Shown here: piece after piece, positions 56,126-64,000 of the stretch
Numbering within the stretch: position 1 is the stretch's first letter
Layout of the letters: every line of letters starts with the position of its first letter
Virus record (IMG/VR): IMGVR_UViG_3300044729_002487
Span: 21,515-85,514 of that record
DNA: 64,000 nt
Origin: a virus
Direction: 5' to 3' (one strand)
Program-made: the position numbers and the translations under genes
The notes under the pieces: model-generated
Databases searched by the model: none
The model's input: the letters and a program-made list of their open reading frames with translations, nothing else
Told to the model about the DNA's origin: nothing

Positions 56126-56500
56126 ATGAAGAATAATGACGAGACATATATATCGCTTTTTGAATATTTAGGTAAAGGCTCTGGCGGATCAAACATTGGC
56201 CGAGAAGTAACAGCGGAAGCTATTAAGCAAGGCGTTGATATCAAATATAGAATGTTACCAAAAGAAGTGCAAAAACCGGAATATAATCAAGTGCAATTAT
56301 ATCCAATATCATTTTTAGATGAATATTTTGCAAGCAAGCCTGAAATGGATCTCACACCGATTGTAAGAAGATCTGCGTTAATCCAGATATATCAACGACT
56401 TGAAGATTTAGAACTTAAGTTCAAAGCTTTATTAGATAAATTAGAAACAAATGTTACCAATAGTAATGAGCCAGATACCGATGACGAACTTCCGTTTTGA
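56126..56500 (+). CDS. Hypothetical protein
   Basis: SLFEYLGK..G..IG.EV...LYP..FL..YF; acidic DDELPF tail. Confidence 0.55.
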   Translation: MKNNDETYISLFEYLGKGSGGSNIGREVTAEAIKQGVDIKYRMLPKEVQKPEYNQVQLYPISFLDEYFASKPEMDLTPIVRRSALIQIYQRLEDLELKFKALLDKLETNVTNSNEPDTDDELPF

Positions 56501-57284
56501 TCCGCAGCCAGGAGAGCCGCGTATATTAGATTATGATAAAGTGTTACCTATTGTTGAATTGTACCGATGCGTGCAATCAGAAGGTAGTAGATTTGGAATG
56601 CCAACAATTGCAATACGAACCACCGGTTGTACACATCGATGCTTCTTTGGAGAAGGAGGTTGGTGTGATAGTTGGTATACATCTATTCATCCAGAGAAAG
56701 GTAAATTTACATTTAACGATATCATTAAGATATATGAAGAAAATCCTCAGGTTAGAGAAATGATGATCACCGGCGGATCACCGACAATGCATCCAGCATT
56801 GTTAAATGAATTAACAATTTTTGCAATGAAGAATGGAATTGTAACTACATTGGAAACTGAAGGCTCTCATTATATTGAAACTTCATTGCCAATTGATGTA
56901 ATTTCATTGTCACCTAAATTTAGTAATTCAGTTCCTGTAATTGGAGCAGTTACGCCGCAAGGTACGATTGTCGATCAAAAAATGATTGATCAGCATAATA
57001 AATTTAGATTGCATAAAGAAAACATTTCAAAAATGTTAAAGTACCATCATAATTATCATTACAAGCCAGTATGGGATGGTACTGAAGAAAATTTAAAAGA
57101 AATAGAAGATTTTCGTGTTGAGTTTAATATTCCAAAACATAAAACGTATATTATGCCGGCCGGAGATACAAGAGAAGAACTAATTAAAATGTATCCAATA
57201 GTATTTGAAATGTGTGCCGAACATGGTTATAATATGACCGGTAGAGACCATATCATTGCATATGATACAAAAAGAGGTGTATAA
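56451..57284 (+). CDS. queE: 7-carboxy-7-deazaguanine synthase (radical SAM); start uncertain
   Basis: ELYRCVQSEG..G.PTIAIRTTGCTHRC...WCDS, ITGGSP, LETEGS, SLSPK. Confidence 0.88.
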   Translation: MLPIVMSQIPMTNFRFDPQPGEPRILDYDKVLPIVELYRCVQSEGSRFGMPTIAIRTTGCTHRCFFGEGGWCDSWYTSIHPEKGKFTFNDIIKIYEENPQVREMMITGGSPTMHPALLNELTIFAMKNGIVTTLETEGSHYIETSLPIDVISLSPKFSNSVPVIGAVTPQGTIVDQKMIDQHNKFRLHKENISKMLKYHHNYHYKPVWDGTEENLKEIEDFRVEFNIPKHKTYIMPAGDTREELIKMYPIVFEMCAEHGYNMTGRDHIIAYDTKRGV

Positions 57285-57303
57285 TTTAAAAAAGGAAAAG
57301 GTT

Positions 57304-57594
57304 ATGTGGGAACCAATTGGAGATTTAATTTTATTAAAAGAACTCGAAGCACCGACTAAGTCAAAAGGTGGTTTGATATTATCAAATTCATCAGTGGATT
57401 ATATTAAAGCTGAAGTAACAGCTGTAGGGCCTGGATTGTTTACTCATACCGGTGATCGTATTCCAATGACTGTTAAGGTTGGTGACATTGTTATGATTCA
57501 TAAAAATCAGAGCGGTGAAAATAAAAAAGTTAAACTTGATGATGATACGTTCATATTAGTACACGAAGGAGACTTGTCATTAAGACAATGTTAA
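57304..57594 (+). CDS. groES: Co-chaperonin GroES (start revised to MWEPIGD)
   Basis: PIGDLILLK...TKSKGGLIL...AEVTAVGPG...PMTVKVGDIV...LVHEGD; SD AAAGGA. Confidence 0.88.
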   Translation: MWEPIGDLILLKELEAPTKSKGGLILSNSSVDYIKAEVTAVGPGLFTHTGDRIPMTVKVGDIVMIHKNQSGENKKVKLDDDTFILVHEGDLSLRQC

Positions 57595-58059
57595 ACAAAT
57601 AAACTCATGCGGAAATCAATTAGGAGTAAAAATGGAAACAATTTATTTTAGTTTAGGAATCGCCTCTGTAGTTGTTACGGTGATAGCTGTAGTAGCTGTT
57701 TGGGCAATTGTTAAGGTATTAAAATTAACAACGCAATTGCGTAATTTAGAACAGTCATGGAACCATGGCATGAATGATGTACATCGTGACATTACAATGG
57801 TACAACGTACTATCGAAAACGGTTTAGATAATCGTTTTAGAGATGTGGATTCATCTTTTGATACTTTGAGTCGAGAACTCAATGAAAGGTTTAATAACGT
57901 GCATAGAGATTTAGATACCGTCAATAGAGAATCAGAAAATCGAGCTGACCAGCTAAATCGATACATAGATTCACGAATTGATAAATTATCAGTGAATAAG
58001 AAAAAGGAAACGCTAACAGCGTAATTTAATATAACTTTCCGCATGAGTTATTTGTTTAA
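57591..58059. repeat. 24/25-bp inverted repeat bracketing one gene
   Basis: TTAAACAAATAAACTCATGCGGAAA (57591-57615) vs TTTCCGCATGAGTTATTTGTTTAA (58036-58059): perfect reverse complement except one extra A. Confidence 0.9.
57632..58024 (+). CDS. Membrane-anchored coiled-coil protein
   Basis: N-terminal TM (LGIASVVVTVIAVVAVWAIV) followed by heptad repeats; SD TAGGAG. Confidence 0.7.
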   Translation: METIYFSLGIASVVVTVIAVVAVWAIVKVLKLTTQLRNLEQSWNHGMNDVHRDITMVQRTIENGLDNRFRDVDSSFDTLSRELNERFNNVHRDLDTVNRESENRADQLNRYIDSRIDKLSVNKKKETLTA

Positions 58060-58082
58060 TTGAAAAAAAGTATTTATATTTA
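58051..58082 (+). promoter_or_regulatory. Bacteroidota-type promoter for folE-polB
   Basis: TTTG 58051-54, N20, TATATTTA 58075-82. Confidence 0.65.
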
Positions 58083-58099
58083 GAGAAATAAGTAGTAAT

Positions 58100-58768
58100 A
58101 TGACAAGTAAGAAATTTGATATTGAGTTAGTAAGATTAGGTTTTGCTAACGGCTCAGCTCCAGGAGCTCCTTTTACTAGAGACGAAAAAGATAAAATGAT
58201 TGATGAGGCAGCGGATGCCTTTGGTAAATTTTTAGATGCGTTGAAATGTGATTGGCGTAACGATCCAAATTCATCAGATACGCCTAGGCGAGTAGCTAAA
58301 GCATATGTAAATGATTTATGGGCTGGTCGTTATAATGGTACACCGGATATTACTGCATTTCCATCTGATGGTTATGATGGTATGGTATTCGAAGGAGGTA
58401 TTCCATTAACGTCGATGTGTTCTCATCATCATCAAACTATAATGGGCCGTGTACATGTTGCATATATTCCTGGCGAAGACAGTAAGGTAATCGGTCTTTC
58501 CAAATTAAATAGATTAGTAGAGCATTTCGGACGAAGAGGTGCTATTCAAGAGCAATTAACTGTTGCAATTCATAATGCCATAGATACCATTATCAATGAC
58601 AATAAAGGTGTTGCTGTCATGATAGAAGCTACTCATAACTGTGTACAATGTCGTGGTGTTAAGCATGGCGGTGCATCAATGAAGACATCTAAATTAACAG
58701 GTGCATTTAAAGATAATGATGCTACTCGTGCAGAGTTTTATGAATTTGTAAAAGGTTATAACAATTAA
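58100..58768 (+). CDS. folE: GTP cyclohydrolase I
   Basis: DTPRRVAK, SMCSHHH, VIGLSKLNR, IQEQLT, ATHNCVQCRGV. Confidence 0.95.
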   Translation: MTSKKFDIELVRLGFANGSAPGAPFTRDEKDKMIDEAADAFGKFLDALKCDWRNDPNSSDTPRRVAKAYVNDLWAGRYNGTPDITAFPSDGYDGMVFEGGIPLTSMCSHHHQTIMGRVHVAYIPGEDSKVIGLSKLNRLVEHFGRRGAIQEQLTVAIHNAIDTIINDNKGVAVMIEATHNCVQCRGVKHGGASMKTSKLTGAFKDNDATRAEFYEFVKGYNN

Positions 58769-58770
58769 GA

Positions 58771-61251
58771 ATGTATCAAGCAATCGCGTATCATAAGAAC
58801 ACCAATACGGTGCATATCTGGGATGACCATAAAGGTCATATCAAACTAAAATATAAACCTTACGCATATCGTAAATCATCATATGGAAAGTATGTTGCAT
58901 TAGATGGTACGTTAGTTGATAAGGTTTTTGATTTCGATCCCCATGATAAAAATTTATATGAATCAGATATCAATCCAGAAACTCGTACATTAATTGATAT
59001 GTATAAAGAATCGGATGATTCTTCGATAGGACATAGATTATTAACTATAGATATTGAGGTTGATATAGCTGACGGATTTCCTGTCCCAGAAACAGCCGAA
59101 CATGAAATAACATCAATTGCAATTTATGATCATGCTGGTGATAATCGGTATGTATGGATTTTAGATAAGGAAGGTGTTGTTGATTCAACTACAAAGAACA
59201 ATGTACAAATCATTAGTTGTAATGATGAATATACATTGTTATCAAAATTCATGTCGACATATTATGAGGTACAACCTACTATTATAACTGGATGGAACAT
59301 TGACTTCTTTGATATTCCATATCTTTATAATCGATTAGTAAAGGTATTAGGTGAAAGTACTGCTAGAACAATGTCACCTATTAAAGATGTTATCTGGTTG
59401 AAACATAGAAACCGATATCGTATATCAGGCGTATCATGTCTTGACTATATGGCATTATATAAAAACTTTACATATTCTCAGGAGTCGAGTTATTCATTAG
59501 AAGCAATATCTCAAAAAGAATTAGGTAAAGGTAAAATCAAATATGAAGGTTCGTTAGATGATTTATTGAAACGTGATATTCAAGCGTATATCGATTATAA
59601 CATGAATGACGTTGACCTAGTAGTTGAGTTAGATAAGAAAATGAAACTTATTGATTTGGCTCGTGGTATATGTCATAAAGGTCATGTTCCGTATGAAGAC
59701 TTTTTATTTGCTACAAGATATTTAGATGGCGCCGCTGTTACATATCTTAATCGTTTAAATTTGGTTGCACCTAATCGTAAAGAACGAGATTCTGATGAGC
59801 CTTTGGATTTGCTTGGAGCGTATGTTAAAGCCCCAAATCCGGGCCGATATAAATGGGTATATGACCTTGACTTAACATCGCTATATCCTAGTATCATTAT
59901 GACACTTGGAATTTCGCCCGAAACAAAAGTAACTAAATTAAATAACTTTGACGGCCAAAAATATATAAAGAATCAAGAGATACGATATAGTGATGGTTGG
60001 AATGAATGGAGTAATAGTGAAGAACTACGTAGCTATCTAGAATCTAATCAGTATTCAATCGCAGCTAATGGTGTTGTATATGATACAAAGATAACTGGGT
60101 TCTTGCCATCGATATTGAACAAATGGTTTGATGAACGAGTTGAATATAAGAACCTTCGTAAGAAATATGAAAAGGATGGCGATGAAGCTAAAGCAGAGTA
60201 TTATGATAGGATGCAGTTAGTAACTAAAATTCTTTTGAATTCATTCTATGGTGTATTAGGTAATCCAGGTTTCCGATTCTTTGATCCGGATAATGCAACG
60301 GCAATTACATCTACAGGTCAGCAATTAATTAAGTTTACAGCCGACATCGGAAATCAATATTATACAAAAGAATTAGGTGAACAAAAAGACTATTGTATTT
60401 ATACTGATACAGATTCAACATTCTTTTCATCATTACCTATCATACAAAAACGATATCCGGACTACGATGTAACCAATGAACAATGGATGGCGGAAAAAAC
60501 GATTGAGGTTGCATCCGAAGTACAAGGGTTTATAAATCGAGCATATAATGTATATGCACAGCGATTTCATAATGTAGCTACGCATAGGTTTGATATTAAA
60601 CAAGAGTTTGTAGCTAAAGCTGGTTTATGGATTGCAAAGAAGCGATATGCTCAATGGTTAATTAATCAAGAAGGTCATTCCATATCAAGACTTGATGTTA
60701 AAGGATTAGACGTTGTAAGATCATCATTCCCAGCTGCATTCCGTAAGTTCATGGCTGAAGTGTTAGAGGATATCTTAAATGACATTTCAAAAGAAGAATT
60801 GGATGAAAAGATACTCAACTTCAAAGAGTATATGAAGACTGTTGACATAGTATCGGTAATGTTTCCTATCGGCGTTAAAGACATAAAGAAACATTTGTTT
60901 AGAGGACGTAAGGCATTTGATGCCCCGTTAAAAGGAACACCAGTGCATGTTAAATCGGCAATTAGTTATAATGATTTATTGCAGTATCATAACATTAAAA
61001 ATATTCGTGAGATCATTGACGGTGAAAAGATAAAATGGACTTATCTTAAACAGAATCCATTTGGGTTACAACAAGTAGCTATTAAAGGTTCTGAAGATCC
61101 AGATGTCATAATGGATTTTGTTAGACAACATATTGATTATGATAAAGTATTTAAGTCTGCATTTGAAAACAAGCTTAACGATTTTTATGGCGCATTAAAT
61201 TGGGGTAGGGTTCCTGAGAATAATAATTTAGGAAAGTTTTTCTCATTTTAA
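58771..61251 (+). CDS. Family B DNA polymerase (T4 gp43-like)
   Basis: Exo DIEV, GWNIDFFDIPY, YNMNDV; pol DLTSLYPSII, KILLNSFYG, YTDTDS, KKRYA. Confidence 0.97.
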   Translation: MYQAIAYHKNTNTVHIWDDHKGHIKLKYKPYAYRKSSYGKYVALDGTLVDKVFDFDPHDKNLYESDINPETRTLIDMYKESDDSSIGHRLLTIDIEVDIADGFPVPETAEHEITSIAIYDHAGDNRYVWILDKEGVVDSTTKNNVQIISCNDEYTLLSKFMSTYYEVQPTIITGWNIDFFDIPYLYNRLVKVLGESTARTMSPIKDVIWLKHRNRYRISGVSCLDYMALYKNFTYSQESSYSLEAISQKELGKGKIKYEGSLDDLLKRDIQAYIDYNMNDVDLVVELDKKMKLIDLARGICHKGHVPYEDFLFATRYLDGAAVTYLNRLNLVAPNRKERDSDEPLDLLGAYVKAPNPGRYKWVYDLDLTSLYPSIIMTLGISPETKVTKLNNFDGQKYIKNQEIRYSDGWNEWSNSEELRSYLESNQYSIAANGVVYDTKITGFLPSILNKWFDERVEYKNLRKKYEKDGDEAKAEYYDRMQLVTKILLNSFYGVLGNPGFRFFDPDNATAITSTGQQLIKFTADIGNQYYTKELGEQKDYCIYTDTDSTFFSSLPIIQKRYPDYDVTNEQWMAEKTIEVASEVQGFINRAYNVYAQRFHNVATHRFDIKQEFVAKAGLWIAKKRYAQWLINQEGHSISRLDVKGLDVVRSSFPAAFRKFMAEVLEDILNDISKEELDEKILNFKEYMKTVDIVSVMFPIGVKDIKKHLFRGRKAFDAPLKGTPVHVKSAISYNDLLQYHNIKNIREIIDGEKIKWTYLKQNPFGLQQVAIKGSEDPDVIMDFVRQHIDYDKVFKSAFENKLNDFYGALNWGRVPENNNLGKFFSF

Positions 61252-61283
61252 TTAGGACATTTGAAAAATAGTTATTATATTAA
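61252..61283 (+). promoter_or_regulatory. Bacteroidota-type promoter for the modification operon
   Basis: TTAG-N20-TATATTAA with internal TGAAAAA. Confidence 0.55.
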
Positions 61284-61298
61284 ATCAAAATTAAAAAT

Positions 61299-61718
61299 AT
61301 GTACGGAAAGAGTTATTGGTACGGTAAAGAGGTAGAAGGCAGATTGTCTGATATCGAAACGGTATTTGTTAGAGGTCAGGTACCAGAAAATTATCATGAA
61401 TATCCTCATATCTATTTTACAATTGAATACATTGAAATGTGCTGTGTACATAACAATTGGAAAGAAATTCATAGTATTTTAGAAACTAAGCAGTATGTTA
61501 CGATTGAAGCAAATGCAAAGACCTTTGAAAAGATTCCGATGTCTGTATTCAATAGGGCACATATCATCTATCGTATTGCAGATCCTAATGTTGCTAAACT
61601 TAAAAAGACTGATACATTATCAATCGATGCAGGTTGGTATAGAGTACATCAGATAATGAAATGCAACCTTATGGAAATTAATCCAGATGATTATAAATTT
61701 GATAGAATAGAACAATGA
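61299..61718 (+). CDS. Hypothetical protein in the DNA-modification operon
   Basis: WYGKEVEGR...ETVFV...HIYF; ATGA-coupled to the glycosyltransferase. Confidence 0.65.
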   Translation: MYGKSYWYGKEVEGRLSDIETVFVRGQVPENYHEYPHIYFTIEYIEMCCVHNNWKEIHSILETKQYVTIEANAKTFEKIPMSVFNRAHIIYRIADPNVAKLKKTDTLSIDAGWYRVHQIMKCNLMEINPDDYKFDRIEQ

Positions 61719-62920
61719 AAAGAAGATTATTTTATTTTGGATTAGAGCCTCTTAAAGCTCGTTATACATACCAGTTATGTAAAGAATGGATGCCGGCTAC
61801 ATTTGAACCGTATAAAGATCGACTTGAATTTATTGAAGTAGAAGGAGAGTTTGATCCTGATCAGGAAATTAAAGTAGGAGCTGTATTAGATGCGATCGGT
61901 CGTGGTAAGTATAGTCTTACTCAATGTGAATCGTTTTTGAAAATGATTTATGATGGTACGGTTCGTGATGGTGATATTATTTACTTGCAAGATTATTGGA
62001 CGCCTGGATTAGATGCTATTTGGTATGCATTGGATTTATATAAAATCAATGTTAAGGTGTATGCAATGTTACATGCGCAATCAGTTGATGAGTATGATTT
62101 TACATATCCAATGAGCAATTGGATGCGTCATTATGAATTAGGTTTAGATAAACGAATGACTGGTATATTTGTAGGATCGACGGTTCATAAGGAACAATTG
62201 AGAGCAGCTGGATTTACTGCGCCTATACATGTGGTATCATTGCCAATTCATAAAAAAGCTACATTAGCTAAATTGCCAATGTATACACCGGACCGATTTT
62301 CAAATAAACAAAATGTAGTTGTATATTCATCTCGTTTTGATAAAGAGAAGAATCCGTTCTTTATGTTGAAAGTAGCAGAAGAATTTTTGAAATTGAATCC
62401 GAGTTGGGAATGGCATGTAACTACATCTGGAAAAGAATTTAGATCAATGTTACCTGGTGTCATTGATGCAATGAACAAATTAGCTCAAAGAGAGTCTAGG
62501 TTCAAATTGTTAAAAGGACTTACCAAAGAAGAATATTATACAGAATTAGCAACTTGTAGAATACAATTCAATACATCGTTACAAGATTATGTATCATGGA
62601 CGGTTATCGAAGCAACTACATTTGGTGCTGATATAGTGTATCCAAATTTCAGATCATTCCCTGAATTCATTGATGGTGATCGAATGTATAAAGCATTTGA
62701 TTGGAGAGATGCTATACTTGTTTTAAGTAGGTCAATATTATCTCCGCGCACTCATTATGATATTGTAGAGAAATCGGATTTAGGTAGACGTATGGAAGGA
62801 TATATCATCGCCAATGATTATTCAAATGAAATATGTGTATGGCATGAGAGTGAATTGTGTGAGGCATTATTAGAGACTGAAAAAGTAAATAGCAAACAAT
62901 TGGAGATTAATTTCGCATGA
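61715..62920 (+). CDS. GT-B (GT4-like) glycosyltransferase
   Basis: VVYSSRFDKEKNP, LTKEEYYTELA, SLQDYVSWTVIEATTFGADIVYP..RSFPE. Confidence 0.8.
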   Translation: MKRRLFYFGLEPLKARYTYQLCKEWMPATFEPYKDRLEFIEVEGEFDPDQEIKVGAVLDAIGRGKYSLTQCESFLKMIYDGTVRDGDIIYLQDYWTPGLDAIWYALDLYKINVKVYAMLHAQSVDEYDFTYPMSNWMRHYELGLDKRMTGIFVGSTVHKEQLRAAGFTAPIHVVSLPIHKKATLAKLPMYTPDRFSNKQNVVVYSSRFDKEKNPFFMLKVAEEFLKLNPSWEWHVTTSGKEFRSMLPGVIDAMNKLAQRESRFKLLKGLTKEEYYTELATCRIQFNTSLQDYVSWTVIEATTFGADIVYPNFRSFPEFIDGDRMYKAFDWRDAILVLSRSILSPRTHYDIVEKSDLGRRMEGYIIANDYSNEICVWHESELCEALLETEKVNSKQLEINFA

Positions 62921-64000
62921 AAGATTTAATTTATTATCCTTCCTTATCTGCTGGTGGCTGTGCCGGTGACTTCAAAAATAATAAAGAAGTCAAGCCCGGT
63001 CTTACTAGTAGATTTTATTCAAAGGATTTTCCGGAAAGATGGAGACATCCATATTTCCTAATCACCGCAGGTCACCATTATAAATGGATGGATGCAAGAC
63101 AACGTTATGGATTAGACGATGATGTATTGGTATTAGGCGATTCCGGAGGATTCCAGTTAGCCACCGGTGCAATTAAATGGGATCCGAAGTTTAAAGAAAC
63201 AATTTTTAATTGGTTAGAAGCAAATTGTGATTTAGGTGTTAATTTAGATATTCCTCCTCGTGCTAAATACGATGGAAAGTTCTACGAATGTCTAGATATT
63301 AGTTATGATAACTTTAAATACTTTTCAGAAAACCAAAGCGGTAAATGTAAATTCCTTAATGTAATACAAGGAAACAATGTCGATGAATATGAGTTCTGGT
63401 ACAACCGTGTTAAAGATTTTGACTTTAATGGTTGGTGTATAGGAGGTACTCAGAAACGAGTTACCATGTTCTTTGCAGCATTGGCACCTATGTTAAAGCA
63501 TAGAGAATTTGATAAACTACGAAATCAATATGTACACGTATTAGGAATTTCAAAGATATCGGATTTCTTTATGTTGAGTTTCTTTCAGAAGATGCTTAAC
63601 AAATATCATGGCGGAAGAATACAAGTATCGACGGATTCATCATCCCCGGGACAGTATCCTGTATATGGAACGTATTTACATTCACCTCAGTTAAATAAAA
63701 TGGTATTTACTCATTTGTATTTTCCAAAAGGTGAAGACCTTCCATATAATGCAACTGATTTAGTTCCTAATCCATTTGGCCATCCGGTTAGTGAAGGATT
63801 TACATTTGGTGAGGTTGCTAATTACAAAGGTGATGTTACGATGAAGATGACATTGAATAATCTATTTGTATACAATGAAACAGTTAAACAAGTAGAAGAA
63901 ATTGTAAAATGTCATAATGAATTGCTTCAAACAGTTATTCCGGCAGACTTTTATAGTGTGTTAATGTCAATGGAGGAGATGTTCTTGAATCCAGATAATG
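62917..64000 (+). CDS. dpdA: DpdA/TGT-like guanine transglycosylase (partial, runs off window; missing from ORF track)
   Basis: My translation: MKDLIYYPSLSAGG...VLGDSGGFQLATG...NLDIPP...FLNVIQG...GWCIGG...VHVLGIS...STDSSSP, i.e. TGT-fold motifs DSGGFQ, LD.P, QG, GG, H.LG, DS. Confidence 0.82.
   Translation, partial: MKDLIYYPSLSAGGCAGDFKNNKEVKPGLTSRFYSKDFPERWRHPYFLITAGHHYKWMDARQRYGLDDDVLVLGDSGGFQLATGAIKWDPKFKETIFNWLEANCDLGVNLDIPPRAKYDGKFYECLDISYDNFKYFSENQSGKCKFLNVIQGNNVDEYEFWYNRVKDFDFNGWCIGGTQKRVTMFFAALAPMLKHREFDKLRNQYVHVLGISKISDFFMLSFFQKMLNKYHGGRIQVSTDSSSPGQYPVYGTYLHSPQLNKMVFTHLYFPKGEDLPYNATDLVPNPFGHPVSEGFTFGEVANYKGDVTMKMTLNNLFVYNETVKQVEEIVKCHNELLQTVIPADFYSVLMSMEEMFLNPDN

Noticed and set aside
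62-62478. All minus-strand ORFs and short nested plus-strand ORFs in the track (e.g. 15671-16054, 24576-24971, 35318-35833, 46630-47160, 57643-58044)
   Set aside because: They are antisense or alternate-frame shadows of well-supported + strand genes, often over low-complexity Glu or Gly codons, with no RBS or recognisable motifs.
1-64000. Alternative genetic code (TAG/TGA recoding)
   Set aside because: Core genes are intact in code 11, and TAG and TGA act as normal stops at expected gene ends.
1-64000. tRNA genes, introns/inteins, integrase, DGR, CRISPR array
   Set aside because: None recognised. Intergenic gaps are short, and terminase, PolB, helicase and RNR have uninterrupted normal lengths. 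A tRNAscan/Infernal run would be needed to exclude them fully.

Overview
This window is a 64-kb, AT-rich segment of a large T4-like myovirus, gene-dense with every credible gene on the + strand and read in the standard genetic code. The host is probably a Bacteroidota member, based on a Bacteroidota-type bS21 and TTTG-N20-TAnnTTTA promoters. Gene order: a multi-domain polyprotein and spanin-like pair; a head module (terminase, portal, prohead protease, ribosomal protein bS21, scaffold, major capsid); fibre and Gly-rich proteins; neck, sheath, tube, tail chaperone, tape measure and baseplate; a replication block (family A polymerase-like, SSB, UvsX/RecA, 5'-3' exonuclease, helicase, class II RNR); endolysin and holin; and a 7-deazaguanine DNA-modification locus (QueD, QueE, FolE, PolB, glycosyltransferase, DpdA/TGT-like cut by the window edge). 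The most notable observations are: (1) many scattered orphan proteins share N-terminal leaders ending in L/I-x-E, including a 939-aa four-domain polyprotein with such sites between domains, suggesting head-packaged, protease-released cargo; (2) anti-Shine-Dalgarno sequences lie just upstream of the late promoter motif of the capsid and sheath operons, one of them directly after bS21; (3) a 24/25-bp inverted repeat brackets one membrane-protein gene; (4) a start-less tail-chaperone extension is reachable by a +1/-2 frameshift at a T7 run; (5) a candidate structured RNA precedes a fibre gene; (6) a glycosyltransferase is translationally coupled to DpdA. All family assignments come from motif recognition by eye; no searches were run.
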